Assembly: GCA_963728925.1 (NCBI GenBank)
Contig: CAVSMB010000003.1
Location: 3,109-67,108, forward strand
Reading direction: 5' to 3'
DNA from: an uncultured Actinomycetes bacterium
Lineage (GTDB): Bacteria; Actinomycetota; Thermoleophilia; Solirubrobacterales; Solirubrobacteraceae
DNA: 64,000 bases
Shown here piece by piece: positions 17,959 to 27,089 of this stretch (positions are counted from its first letter, which is position 1; every line of letters begins with the position of its first letter). The position numbers and the translations under genes were made by a program. The notes under the pieces were generated by a model that was given only the letters and a program-made list of their open reading frames with translations, had not been told where the DNA came from and did no database searches.

Positions 17959-18683
17959 GTCGCGCGCCTCCTGGCCCGCGCCCACGGCGTGGTGAAGCGC
18001 TGGACCAGGACGATCAGCACGTCCGCGATCAGGGCGAGGAGGATCGCGAGGATGCTCGCGGCCACGAACTCGGTGTTGGCCCCCGACTGGATCGCGCTGA
18101 AGATGGGCGCGCCGAGGCCCAGCGGCGTGATGAAGGCCGCGATGGTGGCGAGCGAGATCGTCGTCACCGTCGCTACCCGGACCCCGGCGATGATTGCCGG
18201 CATGGCCAGCGGCAGCTCCACCCGCCACAGCGTCTGGCGACGCGTCAGCCCCATCCCCGTCGCCGCCTCCTTGACGTCGTCGGGGACGTCGTGGAGACCG
18301 GTGAGCGTGTTGCGGAAGAGGATCAGCAGCGTGTAGGAGACCAGCGCGATCTCGATGCTCAACCAGCCGATCCCGGTGATCGGCACCATGATCTGGAAGA
18401 AGGCGATGCTCGGGATGGTGTAGAAGAGCGCCGAGAGGTTGGCGAAGGGCAGCTCGAAGCCGCGGCGGCGATGGGCGATGAGCGCCGCGGTGAACGCGAT
18501 GGCGAAGCCGATGACCATCGCGATCAGCGTCATCCGGATGTGCTCCCCGACACGGGGGAGGAAGCGCTCGTCGAAGTTGTCGACGAACCAGTGGAAGCAG
18601 AACTTCCCGTTGGTGCGGATGCACTCGTCGCCCCGCCCGAAGTTCGGGATGACGGGACCCTGCTGGGCCAGGACCGCGCTCAC
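17955..18683 (-). CDS. osmoprotectant ABC transporter permease
   Basis: 242-aa ORF with EAA loop VKEAATGMGLTRRQTLWRVELPLAMP. It has 4-bp overlaps with both neighbours. Confidence 0.88.
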   Translation of the reverse strand: MSAVLAQQGPVIPNFGRGDECIRTNGKFCFHWFVDNFDERFLPRVGEHIRMTLIAMVIGFAIAFTAALIAHRRRGFELPFANLSALFYTIPSIAFFQIMVPITGIGWLSIEIALVSYTLLILFRNTLTGLHDVPDDVKEAATGMGLTRRQTLWRVELPLAMPAIIAGVRVATVTTISLATIAAFITPLGLGAPIFSAIQSGANTEFVAASILAILLALIADVLIVLVQRFTTPWARARRRAT

Positions 18684-19711
18684 GCGACCGCTTCCTCACG
18701 GCCCGAGGCGAGCAGCCGGCTGACCGCGTCGAGGGTCAGGTAGCCGCGCACCTCGCCGTCCTCGTCACGCACGACGAGCGCGCTCGCCCCCTCGGTCAGC
18801 ATCAGCGAAAGCGCGTCGCGCAGGGTGACGTCGCTGTCGGCCTCCGCGTGACGAGCCCCGTTCGCGCTCGGCGCCTTGAGCAGCTCGATGTCGGCCAGCC
18901 GGCGCAGCCCGAGGCGCTTGAGCCCGCGGTCCGCGCCGACGAAGTCGGCGACGAAGTCGTCGGCCGGGTTGGCCAGGATCGCCTCAGGAGTGTCGAACTG
19001 GGCGAGCTTGCCACCGTGGCGCAAGAGGCAGATCCGATGCCCCATCGTGATCGCCTCGTCGATGTCGTGGGTGACGAAGACGACCGTCTTGCGCACCTCG
19101 CGATGCAGGCGCAAGAAGTCGCTCTGGAGCTTCTCCCGGGTGATCGGGTCGATCGCACCGAAGGGCTCGTCCATGAGCATCAGCGGCGGGTCGGCGGCCA
19201 TCGCGCGAGCCAGCCCGACGCGCTGGCGCTGGCCGCCTGAGAGCTGGGCCGGATAGCGCCGCGCGTAGTCGTCGGGGCTGAGCCCCACCAGCTCGAGCAG
19301 CTCGCGCGATCGCTCGCGGATGCGCGGCTTCTTCCAGCCGAGCAGCCGCGGGACGGTTCCGATGTTCCCTTCGACCGTCATGTGCGGGAAGAGCCCGATC
19401 TGCTGGATGACGTAGCCGATCCCGCGGCGCAACTCGGTGAAGTCGAGGTCCTTGACGCTCTGCCCGTCGATGGTTATGTCGCCCTCGGTGATCGAGATCA
19501 GCCGGTTGACCATCTTCATCGCTGTCGTCTTGCCCCCACCGGACGGGCCGATGAGCACGCAGATCTCGCCGGCCGGGACGGTGATCGAGAGGTCGTCGAC
19601 CGCCGGCTGCGGATTGTCGCCGTAGCGCTTGGTGACGTGATCGAAGACGATCTCGGCCGCCTGCGCCTGCGACGACGGCCCCTCGGACTGGGCAGAGTCA
19701 GGTGAAGTCAA
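18680..19711 (-). CDS. osmoprotectant ABC transporter ATP-binding protein with C-terminal CBS pair (OpuCA/ProV-like)
   Basis: Walker A GPSGGGKTT, signature LSGGQRQRVGLARA and Walker B LMLMDEPFGAID, with a C-terminal CBS-like region. Confidence 0.92.
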   Translation of the reverse strand: MTSPDSAQSEGPSSQAQAAEIVFDHVTKRYGDNPQPAVDDLSITVPAGEICVLIGPSGGGKTTAMKMVNRLISITEGDITIDGQSVKDLDFTELRRGIGYVIQQIGLFPHMTVEGNIGTVPRLLGWKKPRIRERSRELLELVGLSPDDYARRYPAQLSGGQRQRVGLARAMAADPPLMLMDEPFGAIDPITREKLQSDFLRLHREVRKTVVFVTHDIDEAITMGHRICLLRHGGKLAQFDTPEAILANPADDFVADFVGADRGLKRLGLRRLADIELLKAPSANGARHAEADSDVTLRDALSLMLTEGASALVVRDEDGEVRGYLTLDAVSRLLASGREEAVA

Positions 19712-19741
19712 GAGGCGTCCCCCTCCTAGGGAACGGAAATT

Positions 19742-20182
19742 CTACCCGCTGGACCCGAAGCCGCGTGCCCCCCGCTCGCTCCCCGCGAGCTCCTGGGCCT
19801 CGGCGACGGGCGCCAGCTCCACCCTGACGACGACGAGCTGGGCGATCCTGTCGCCCACCTCCACGGTGAACGTGTCCCGGGGGTCGGTGTTGAGCAGCAG
19901 AACCCGCACCTCCCCGCGATAGCCGGCGTCGATGAGTCCTGGCGCGTTGGCGATGGTGATCCCGTGACGGGCGGCGAGACCCGAGCGCGGGAGCACGAGG
20001 CCTGCGCAGGCCGTCGGGATCTCGACGGCCAGGCCGGTGCCGACCGACGCCCGGTCCCCCGGGCGCAGGCTCGCCGCCTCGGCCGCAGCGAGGTCGAGTC
20101 CGGCGTCGCCGTCGTAGGCGCGGACCGGAAGGGTGGCGTTGCCTGAGAGGCGGCGGACGCGCAGCGGCGAGGCCCCGCTCAC
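19742..20182 (-). CDS. dut: dUTP diphosphatase
   Basis: AYDGDAGLDL, PRSGLA, GLIDAGYRGE and ERGARGFGSSG motifs. Confidence 0.93.
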   Translation of the reverse strand: MSGASPLRVRRLSGNATLPVRAYDGDAGLDLAAAEAASLRPGDRASVGTGLAVEIPTACAGLVLPRSGLAARHGITIANAPGLIDAGYRGEVRVLLLNTDPRDTFTVEVGDRIAQLVVVRVELAPVAEAQELAGSERGARGFGSSG

Positions 20183-21492
20183 GCGCGCGCGTCGACCGCG
20201 TAGCGCTCGTAGCGCTCGGCCAGGGCGGCGGGCAGGCGGGCCGAGACGCGCACGCCGTCGGCCGTCTCCTCGCGCTCGAGGTCGCCGGCGACCTCGTGGA
20301 GCTCGGCGAGCCGCCCGCCCTCGTCGTAGGGCACGAGCAGCTCGACGGGCCGCAGCAGGCGGTCGAAGGCCGTAGCGACCCGCTCGCGCAGAGCGTCGAG
20401 CCCTTCGCCCGTCTCGGCCGAGGCGAGCACCGCCCGCGGGTGGCGGAAGCGGATCTCGCGACGGCGCTCCTCGTCGAGGAGGTCGGCCTTGTTGAGCACG
20501 AGCAGCCTCGGCGTGGCGCCGGTGCCGATCTCCTCGAGCACGTCGTCGACCGCCCGGACCATGTCGCTGAGCTCGTCCTCGGGGGCCGAGGCGTCGACCA
20601 CGTGCACCAGCAGGTCGGCGAGCGTGGTCTCCTCAAGGGTGGCCGCGAACGCGTCGACGAGCTGGTGGGGCAGCTTGCGGATGAAGCCGACGGTGTCGGT
20701 GACCAGGTACGCGCGCCCGTCGTGGCGCATCGTGCGGGTCGTCGGGTCCAGGGTGTGGAAGAGGCGGTCGCGGACCCCGACGTCCGCGCCCGTCAGGGCG
20801 TTGAGCAGCGTCGACTTCCCGGCGTTGGTGTAGCCGGCGAGGGCGATCCGCGGCAGGTGCGCGCGCTCGCGCTCGCGGCGCATCGTGCCCCGATGGCGCC
20901 CGACCTCGCGCAGACGGCGCTTGAGCGCCGAGATGCGGTCGCGGGCGAGCCGGCGATCGGTCTCGATCTGGGTCTCGCCCGGGCCCCTGGTGCCGATGCC
21001 GCCGTCGATGCGGCCCGCGCCCAGGCGCTCGAGGTGGGTCCACAGGCCGCGCATGCGCGCGAGGTTGTACTCGAGCTGGGCGAGCTCGACCTGGAGCTTG
21101 CCCTCGGCCGTGTTGGCGTGGCCGGCGAAGATGTCGAGGATGATGGCCGTCCGGTCGATGACCGGGATCCCCAGCTCGGACTCGAGGTTGCGCTCCTGGC
21201 GCGGGCTGAGCTCGTCGTCACAGGCGACGACGTTGGCGTCGGCGCTCTGGAGCAGCGCCTTGAGCTCTGAGAGCTTGCCCGAGCCCAGGTAGGTGTTGGG
21301 GTGGGGCTGGTCGCGGTGCTGGACCAGCTCGCCGACGGAGGCGACTCCGGCCGTGCGCAGCAGCTCGCGCAGCTCGGAAAGGTCGTCGCCCTCGCGCAGC
21401 GCCGCGATGAGGACGGCCCGCTGCCGGGCCCTGCCCTGCTCTCTGTTGCCGTTGCGCGTGGGCGCGCTTCGTCCGTTGCGGCTGCGATTCAA
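20179..21492 (-). CDS. hflX: GTPase HflX
   Basis: HflX N-domain (YLGSGKLSELK) and G-domain GYTNAGKST...DTVGFI...NKADL. Confidence 0.93.
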   Translation of the reverse strand: MNRSRNGRSAPTRNGNREQGRARQRAVLIAALREGDDLSELRELLRTAGVASVGELVQHRDQPHPNTYLGSGKLSELKALLQSADANVVACDDELSPRQERNLESELGIPVIDRTAIILDIFAGHANTAEGKLQVELAQLEYNLARMRGLWTHLERLGAGRIDGGIGTRGPGETQIETDRRLARDRISALKRRLREVGRHRGTMRRERERAHLPRIALAGYTNAGKSTLLNALTGADVGVRDRLFHTLDPTTRTMRHDGRAYLVTDTVGFIRKLPHQLVDAFAATLEETTLADLLVHVVDASAPEDELSDMVRAVDDVLEEIGTGATPRLLVLNKADLLDEERRREIRFRHPRAVLASAETGEGLDALRERVATAFDRLLRPVELLVPYDEGGRLAELHEVAGDLEREETADGVRVSARLPAALAERYERYAVDARA

Positions 21493-21547
21493 GTCACTCC
21501 CATTGTAGTGGCGAGGACGACGCCGACCCCGACGTAGACTCGCGCCC

Positions 21548-22135
21548 GTGCCCCACCTGATCCTCGGCCCCCACCTGCGCTACGTCGGCGAGCACGAGGC
21601 GACCATCTGGGTCGAGACCGACGAGCCGTGCGAGGTCGAGGTGCTCGGGCGCCGCGAGCGGACGTGGCGCGTCGGCGCGCACCACTACGCGCTCGTGACG
21701 GTCGACGGCCTGCAGCCCGGATCGAGCACCCGCTACGAGGTCGCCCTCGACGGCGAGCGGGCGTGGCCGCCGGAGGGGGCCGACTTCCCGCCCTCAGTGA
21801 TCCGCACCCTCGATCCGCGGGCGACCGTCCGCCTCGCCTTCGGGTCCTGCCGGGTGAGCCTGCCCCACCACCACCCCTACTCGATGCGCAAGGACCACGA
21901 CGCCCGCGGCCGCGAGGTCGACGCGGTCTACGCGCTCGCCATGCGCATGCGCTCAGGGCCCCACGAGCGCTGGCCCCACGTGCTGCTCATGCTCGGGGAC
22001 CAGGTGTACGCCGACGAGACCTCGCCCGGCGCCCACGGCTTCATCCGCGGCCGGCGCGACACCTCTATCGAGCCGGGGCTGCAGGTCTCCGACTTCGAGG
22101 AGTACACACGCCTGTACTACGACGCCTGGAGTGCT
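21548..22135 (+). pseudogene. 3'-truncated PhoD-like alkaline phosphatase family gene
   Basis: About 196 aa match the family N-terminus up to LMLGDQVYADETSPGAHGFIRGRRD...DFEEYTRLYYDAWS. The frame then runs into the antisense of dapL. The metallophosphatase core (about 350 aa) is absent. Confidence 0.6.
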
Positions 22136-22182
22136 CGGTCGAGCGCGAGCTGGACCGAGCCGGCAGGCCCGCGGCCACCGCG

Positions 22183-23349
22183 TCAATCGCGCAGGCTGCC
22201 CAGCCGCTCGACGGCTTCTTTGAGGCGGGCATCGGGGGTAGTGAGGGAGATGCGGAACCAGCCCTCGCCGTGCGGGCCGTAGGCGCCGCCCGGCGAGATC
22301 ACCACGCCGGTCTCCTCGAGCACGTGCTCGCAGTAGGCCGCCGACGACGGGTAGCCCTCGGGGATGGGCGCCCAGACGTAGATCGTCGCCCTGGGCGCCT
22401 TGACGTCCACGCCGGCGTCGCGCAGCGCGGCGACGACGGCGTCGCGGCGACGCTGGTAGGTCCCGCACATCTCGGCGACCTCGCCGTCCCCGTCGGGCGA
22501 AAGCGCGGTGATCCCGGCGAGCTGGACCGCCTCGAAGAGCCCCGAGTCGACGTTGGACTTCAGGCGCCAGTACTCGGAGATCGCCTCGGCGTTGCCGACG
22601 ATCGCGCCGCAGCGCCAACCGGTCATGTTGTAGCCCTTGGAGAGCGAGAAGACCTCGACGCCGACCTCGCCGGCGCCAGGCGTCTGGAGGAACGACGGCG
22701 CGCGGTAGCCGTCGAAGGTGATCTCGCTGTAGGCGTTGTCGTGGACCACGAGGACGTCGTGCTCGCGGGCGAAGGCGACGACGTCCTCGAAGAAGCCGTC
22801 GGGCACCACGGCGCCGGTCGGGTTGTTCGGGTAGTTGAGGTACATGAGGCGGGCGCGCTCGAGCGCCCCGGCGTCGATCGCACCGAGGTCCGGGACGAAC
22901 CCGCGCTCGGGGTCGAGCGGCATAAGGACGGGCTCGGCGCCCACGATCAGCGGCCCGCCGGTGTAGACGGGGTAGCCGGGGTCCGCCGCCAGCGCGACGT
23001 CCCCAGGGTCCAGGAAGGCGAGGTTGAGGTTGAAGATGCACTCCTTGGCTCCGAGGACCGGCATCACCTCGCTCTCGCGGTCCAGGCGCACGTCGAAGCG
23101 GCGCTCGTAGAAGTCCCCGACGGCCTCGCGGAAGTCCGCGCGCCCGCGATTGGACGGGTAGCGGTGGGTCTCGCGCTCGCTCACCGCCTCCTGCATCGCC
23201 TCGACGATCAGGGCCGGCGTCGGGTGGTCGGGGTCGCCGATGCCCAGGCTGATGACGTCGACGCCCGCCTCGCGCTTGGCGGCGACCTTGCGCTCGAGCT
23301 CGGCGAACAGGTAGGGCGGGATCCGTTCCAGGCGCTTGCTCGGCTTCAT
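22183..23349 (-). CDS. dapL: class I/II aminotransferase, probable LL-diaminopimelate aminotransferase
   Basis: MKPSKRLERIPPYLFAELERKV...YLNYPNNPTG...FSLSKGYNMTGWRCG (PLP Lys). Its start overlaps the dapF stop by 4 bp. The symbol rests on family resemblance plus context. Confidence 0.75.
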   Translation of the reverse strand: MKPSKRLERIPPYLFAELERKVAAKREAGVDVISLGIGDPDHPTPALIVEAMQEAVSERETHRYPSNRGRADFREAVGDFYERRFDVRLDRESEVMPVLGAKECIFNLNLAFLDPGDVALAADPGYPVYTGGPLIVGAEPVLMPLDPERGFVPDLGAIDAGALERARLMYLNYPNNPTGAVVPDGFFEDVVAFAREHDVLVVHDNAYSEITFDGYRAPSFLQTPGAGEVGVEVFSLSKGYNMTGWRCGAIVGNAEAISEYWRLKSNVDSGLFEAVQLAGITALSPDGDGEVAEMCGTYQRRRDAVVAALRDAGVDVKAPRATIYVWAPIPEGYPSSAAYCEHVLEETGVVISPGGAYGPHGEGWFRISLTTPDARLKEAVERLGSLRD

Positions 23350-24197
23350 GGGCGGTCGATCTCCTCGATGAACTCGTCGCTGAGCTCGCCCCGGTAGACG
23401 GGCACGGCCCAGCCGGTCAGCGTGACGTGCAGATCCTCCTCCACCGCGACCTCGAGCTCCCCGCCGTCGAGCCGCACGGTGACGGGGCTGTCGCCTCCGC
23501 GCAGGACGTGGGCGACGGCGGCGCCCGTCGCGCCGGTCCCCGAGGAGAGCGTCTCCCCCACCCCGCGCTCGAAGATCCGCGTGCGGACGGTCTTCGCGTC
23601 CTGCACGTGCGAGAAGGAGACGTTGGTGCGATTGGGGAACAGCCCCGAGCGCTCGATCGGCGGCCCGAGGACGCCGAGGTCGAGCTCCTCGAGGCCCTCG
23701 CCGACGAGGATCGCGCACTGCGGGTTCCCGACGGAGACGTGCTGGAAGCGCCACTCGCGGCCGTCCGCCTCCACCGTCCCCGTCCCGTCCTCGGGGCCCT
23801 GCGGGTAGTCCTTGGAGCGCATCCGGGCGCGGCCCATGTCCACGCGGCACGTGGCCGGCCCGGTGATCGTCGGCCTGATCTCGCCCGCCGCGGTCTGGAT
23901 GGAGAAGGTGTCGACGTCCGTCCAGCCCCGGCGGCGCAGGTAGAGGATCGCCTCGCGCGCGCCGTTGCCCGACAGCTCGGCCTCGGAGCCGTCGGGGTTG
24001 AAGATCCGCACGCGGGCGACGAAACCGCGTTCGTCGGGAGGCTGCAGCAGCAGCACCCCGTCGGAGCCGACGCCCGTGTGCGGCGCGCAGATGCGGCGGA
24101 CGCGCTCGGCGGTGAGCTCGAAGGGCAGGTCGTCGCGCTCGACGATGACGTAGTCGTTGCCGAGCGCCTGCCACTTCTCGAAGGGGACGGCGGCCAT
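23346..24197 (-). CDS. dapF: diaminopimelate epimerase
   Basis: FEKWQALGNDYVIV...FNPDGSEAELSGNGAR...ERGVGETLSSGTGA. Confidence 0.93.
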   Translation of the reverse strand: MAAVPFEKWQALGNDYVIVERDDLPFELTAERVRRICAPHTGVGSDGVLLLQPPDERGFVARVRIFNPDGSEAELSGNGAREAILYLRRRGWTDVDTFSIQTAAGEIRPTITGPATCRVDMGRARMRSKDYPQGPEDGTGTVEADGREWRFQHVSVGNPQCAILVGEGLEELDLGVLGPPIERSGLFPNRTNVSFSHVQDAKTVRTRIFERGVGETLSSGTGATGAAVAHVLRGGDSPVTVRLDGGELEVAVEEDLHVTLTGWAVPVYRGELSDEFIEEIDRP

Positions 24198-24210
24198 GCG
24201 GTCGCGGACC

Positions 24211-25113
24211 TTAGAGGAGCTCGAGGATCCGGCGGGCGACGTCCTCGGGTCCGCGGCGGGTCACGTCGATGACGTGGACGCCCGAGAGCTTGCGCATCCA
24301 CGCGAGCTGGCGCCGCGCGTACTGCCGCGTGCGCCGCTTCATCGCCTCGACGTCGCCCGCACGCAGCTCGCTGAAGCCCAGAGCCTTGCGCGCGGTCGGC
24401 GAGGCTCCGGCGGCGGCGGCCTCGCGCACCTCCTCGGCCGCACCGGCGGCGACCATCTCGTCGACGCGAGCGTCGATGCGCTGCACGAGGGCGTCGCGGC
24501 GCATGGTCAGGCCGACGAGCACGGTCGGACGGCGCGTCTCGGCGGTCCACAGCTGCGACTCGCCGCCGGGCTGCTCGAGCACACCGGCCTCGAGCAGCTC
24601 GAGGCCGCGGACCACGCGGTGACGGTCGTTGGGGTCCACGCGACGGGCGGCCCACGGAGCGCGGCGCGCGAGCTCTGCGTGCAGCTCGCGCGGCCCGCGC
24701 TCCTCGAGGTCGCGCGCGAGCCGCTCGCGCGTCCCGGGCGGGGGCGCCGGGCGCAGGTCGAGATCGGCGAGCGCGGCCCGCAGGTAGAGGCCGGTGCCGC
24801 CGACCACGATCGGCCGGCGACCCTCCTCGAGCAGCGCGTCGATCTCCGTGTGGGCGCGCTCGGAGTACTGGGCGACCGAGAACGTCGCCTCGACGGGCAC
24901 GATGCCGACGAGCCGGTGCTCGAGCGCCGCCCGCTCGTCGTCGCTCGCCGCGCCGGTCAGCACGCCGAGCCCCTCGTAGACCTGGAGCGCGTCGGCCGAG
25001 ACGGCCACCGGGTCCTCGCCGCGCTCGCGCAGCAGCGCAGCGAGCGCGATGGCCACGGCGGTCTTGCCGATGGCGGTTGGGCCGAACAGGGCGACCACGG
25101 CGAGGTCGGGCAT
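24211..25113 (-). CDS. miaA: tRNA dimethylallyltransferase
   Basis: P-loop LFGPTAIGKTAVAI, followed by SADALQVYEGLGVLT. Confidence 0.93.
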   Translation of the reverse strand: MPDLAVVALFGPTAIGKTAVAIALAALLRERGEDPVAVSADALQVYEGLGVLTGAASDDERAALEHRLVGIVPVEATFSVAQYSERAHTEIDALLEEGRRPIVVGGTGLYLRAALADLDLRPAPPPGTRERLARDLEERGPRELHAELARRAPWAARRVDPNDRHRVVRGLELLEAGVLEQPGGESQLWTAETRRPTVLVGLTMRRDALVQRIDARVDEMVAAGAAEEVREAAAAGASPTARKALGFSELRAGDVEAMKRRTRQYARRQLAWMRKLSGVHVIDVTRRGPEDVARRILELL

Positions 25114-25135
25114 CGCACGGGAGTATGGTCATCGC

Positions 25136-26293
25136 ATGGTCCGGATCGGGGCTGGCCTGTCCACCACGCCGGACGCCCGCGTCGGCGCCATCGAAGCGGC
25201 GACCTGCGCCCGCGAGGGCCTCGCGGGCGAGCACGCCGACCTCGTCGCCGTGTTCGCGTGCGGAGCGCACCTCGCCGCGCCCGAGGCGACGCTCGAGGGC
25301 ATCCACGAGGCGCTGATGCCAAGGCACGTGGTCGGCTGCGGCGCCGGCGGCGTGCTCGCCCGCGGCCGCGAGATCGAGGGGGGGACGGCTGTCGCGGTGT
25401 GGGCGGCGGCGCTGGGCGGCGGAAGCGCCGAGCCGTTCCACGCGAGCGCCACGCGCGACGAGGAGGGTGTCAGCGTGTCGGGGATGCCCGACCTCGAAGG
25501 GGCGTCGGCCGCGGTGCTGCTCGCCGACCCCTACTCCTTCCCCACCGACGGCGTCCTGCGCGACCTCGCCGAGAGCGTGCCGGGCGTGCCGATCGTCGGC
25601 GGCCTTTCGAGCGCGCGGACGCTCGACGGCGCGGGCGCGCTGTTCTGCGGCGACCGGCTGGTCGAGAGCGGCGCGGTGGGCGTGCGCCTCGACCGCGTGG
25701 ACGTGCTTCCCTGCGTGTCGCAGGGCGCAGCGCCTTTCGGCCCGGAGATGACGATCACCGCGTCCGAGGGCCACGTCATCCACGAGCTGGCGGGCAAGCC
25801 GGCGCTCGAGCGCGTGCGCGAAGTGGTCGAGGCGCTCGAGGTGGACGAGCGCGACATGGTCGCCCACGGGCTCCTCGTGGGCATCGTCACCGGCGAGGCC
25901 AAGCCCGATTACGGGCGCGGCGACTTCCTCGTGCGCAGCCTGATCGGCGCCGACCCGGCGCGCGAGACCATCGCCGTGGGGGCGACGGTGCGCGAGGGTC
26001 AGGTCATCCGCCTTCACGCTCGCGACGCCGGCTCGGCCGACGACGACCTGCGTGAGTCGCTCGACGTCCGCGCCCGCGCGCTCGGCGGTCCCGCCGCGGG
26101 CGCGCTGGTCTTCACCTGCAACGGCCGCGGGCAGGCGATGTTCGACGAGCCTGACCATGACGCCGGCACGCTCGAGGCTGCGATGCCGGGCACGCCGGCG
26201 GCGGGCTTCTTCGCTGCCGGAGAGATCGGGCCGGTGGGGCCCGAGAGCTACCTCCACGGGTTCACCGCGACGGTCGCCCTCTTCGCGGCGTAG
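25136..26293 (+). CDS. FIST N/C domain-containing sensor-like protein
   Basis: In-frame ATG 25136 of track ORF 25049..26293. The layout (GLSTT..., VFTCNGRG..MF...D...FFAAGEIGPVG...LHGFTA) is typical of FIST_C. Confidence 0.78.
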   Translation: MVRIGAGLSTTPDARVGAIEAATCAREGLAGEHADLVAVFACGAHLAAPEATLEGIHEALMPRHVVGCGAGGVLARGREIEGGTAVAVWAAALGGGSAEPFHASATRDEEGVSVSGMPDLEGASAAVLLADPYSFPTDGVLRDLAESVPGVPIVGGLSSARTLDGAGALFCGDRLVESGAVGVRLDRVDVLPCVSQGAAPFGPEMTITASEGHVIHELAGKPALERVREVVEALEVDERDMVAHGLLVGIVTGEAKPDYGRGDFLVRSLIGADPARETIAVGATVREGQVIRLHARDAGSADDDLRESLDVRARALGGPAAGALVFTCNGRGQAMFDEPDHDAGTLEAAMPGTPAAGFFAAGEIGPVGPESYLHGFTATVALFAA

Positions 26294-26297
26294 GCCG

Positions 26298-27089
26298 GTG
26301 CGGCTCGGCGGCGCTCGCACGCTCGTGACCGGCGCCACGGGGGGTCTCGGGCACGCGATCGCGCGCGCGCTCGCCGCGCGCGGGGCGAGGCTGGTGCTCA
26401 GCGGCCGGCGGGCCGACGTGCTCGAGCCGCTCGCCTCCGAGCTGGGCGCGGAGGTCATCGCCGCCGACCTCGCGCAGCGCGAGGCGGTCGCGCGGCTCGC
26501 CGAGCGAGCCGGCGCCGTCGACGTGCTGGTGGCCAACGCAGCGGTCCCCGCCTCCGGGCGCCTCGACGACTACACCGAAGAGCAGATCGACCGCGCGCTG
26601 GACGTGAACCTCCGTGCGCCGATCGTGCTCGCCCGCCGCCTGGGTGACGGGATGGTGGCGCGGCGCTCGGGCCATCTGCTGTTCGTCTCCTCCCTGTCGG
26701 GCAAGGTCGCCAGCTCGGGCTCGTCGCTGTACTCCGCGACGAAGTTCGGCCTGCGCGGCCTCGCGATGGGCCTGCGCCAGGACCTGCGCGACGAGGGCGT
26801 CGGGGTCTCGTGCGTCTTCCCGGGGCCGATCGCCGACGCGGGGATGTTCGCCGACACCGGCGTGCAGCTGCCGCGCTTCGCCGGGCGCCGCGGGCCCGAG
26901 GACGTCGCGGCCGCGGTGGTGCGGGCCATCGAGCACGACCGGGCCGAGATCGACGTGGCGCCCCTCCCCCTGCGCCTGGGCGCCGCCGCGGCGGGCGCGG
27001 CGCCGTCGGCGGTCGTGCGCCTGCAGCAGCGGCTCGGGTCCGACGCGATCGCGCGCGACGTCAGCGAGGCCCAGCGGAAGAAGCGCTAG
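26298..27089 (+). CDS. short-chain dehydrogenase/reductase (SDR)
   Basis: GTG 26298. TGATGGLGHAIA cofactor motif, NAAV, and catalytic YSATKFGLRG. Confidence 0.88.
   Translation: MRLGGARTLVTGATGGLGHAIARALAARGARLVLSGRRADVLEPLASELGAEVIAADLAQREAVARLAERAGAVDVLVANAAVPASGRLDDYTEEQIDRALDVNLRAPIVLARRLGDGMVARRSGHLLFVSSLSGKVASSGSSLYSATKFGLRGLAMGLRQDLRDEGVGVSCVFPGPIADAGMFADTGVQLPRFAGRRGPEDVAAAVVRAIEHDRAEIDVAPLPLRLGAAAAGAAPSAVVRLQQRLGSDAIARDVSEAQRKKR

Noticed and set aside
23417-26536. 1039-aa minus-strand ORF spanning dapF, miaA and the FIST gene.
   Set aside because: It is out of frame or antisense to three recognisable genes, and its translation is Arg/Ala-rich low-complexity sequence with no domain signatures.
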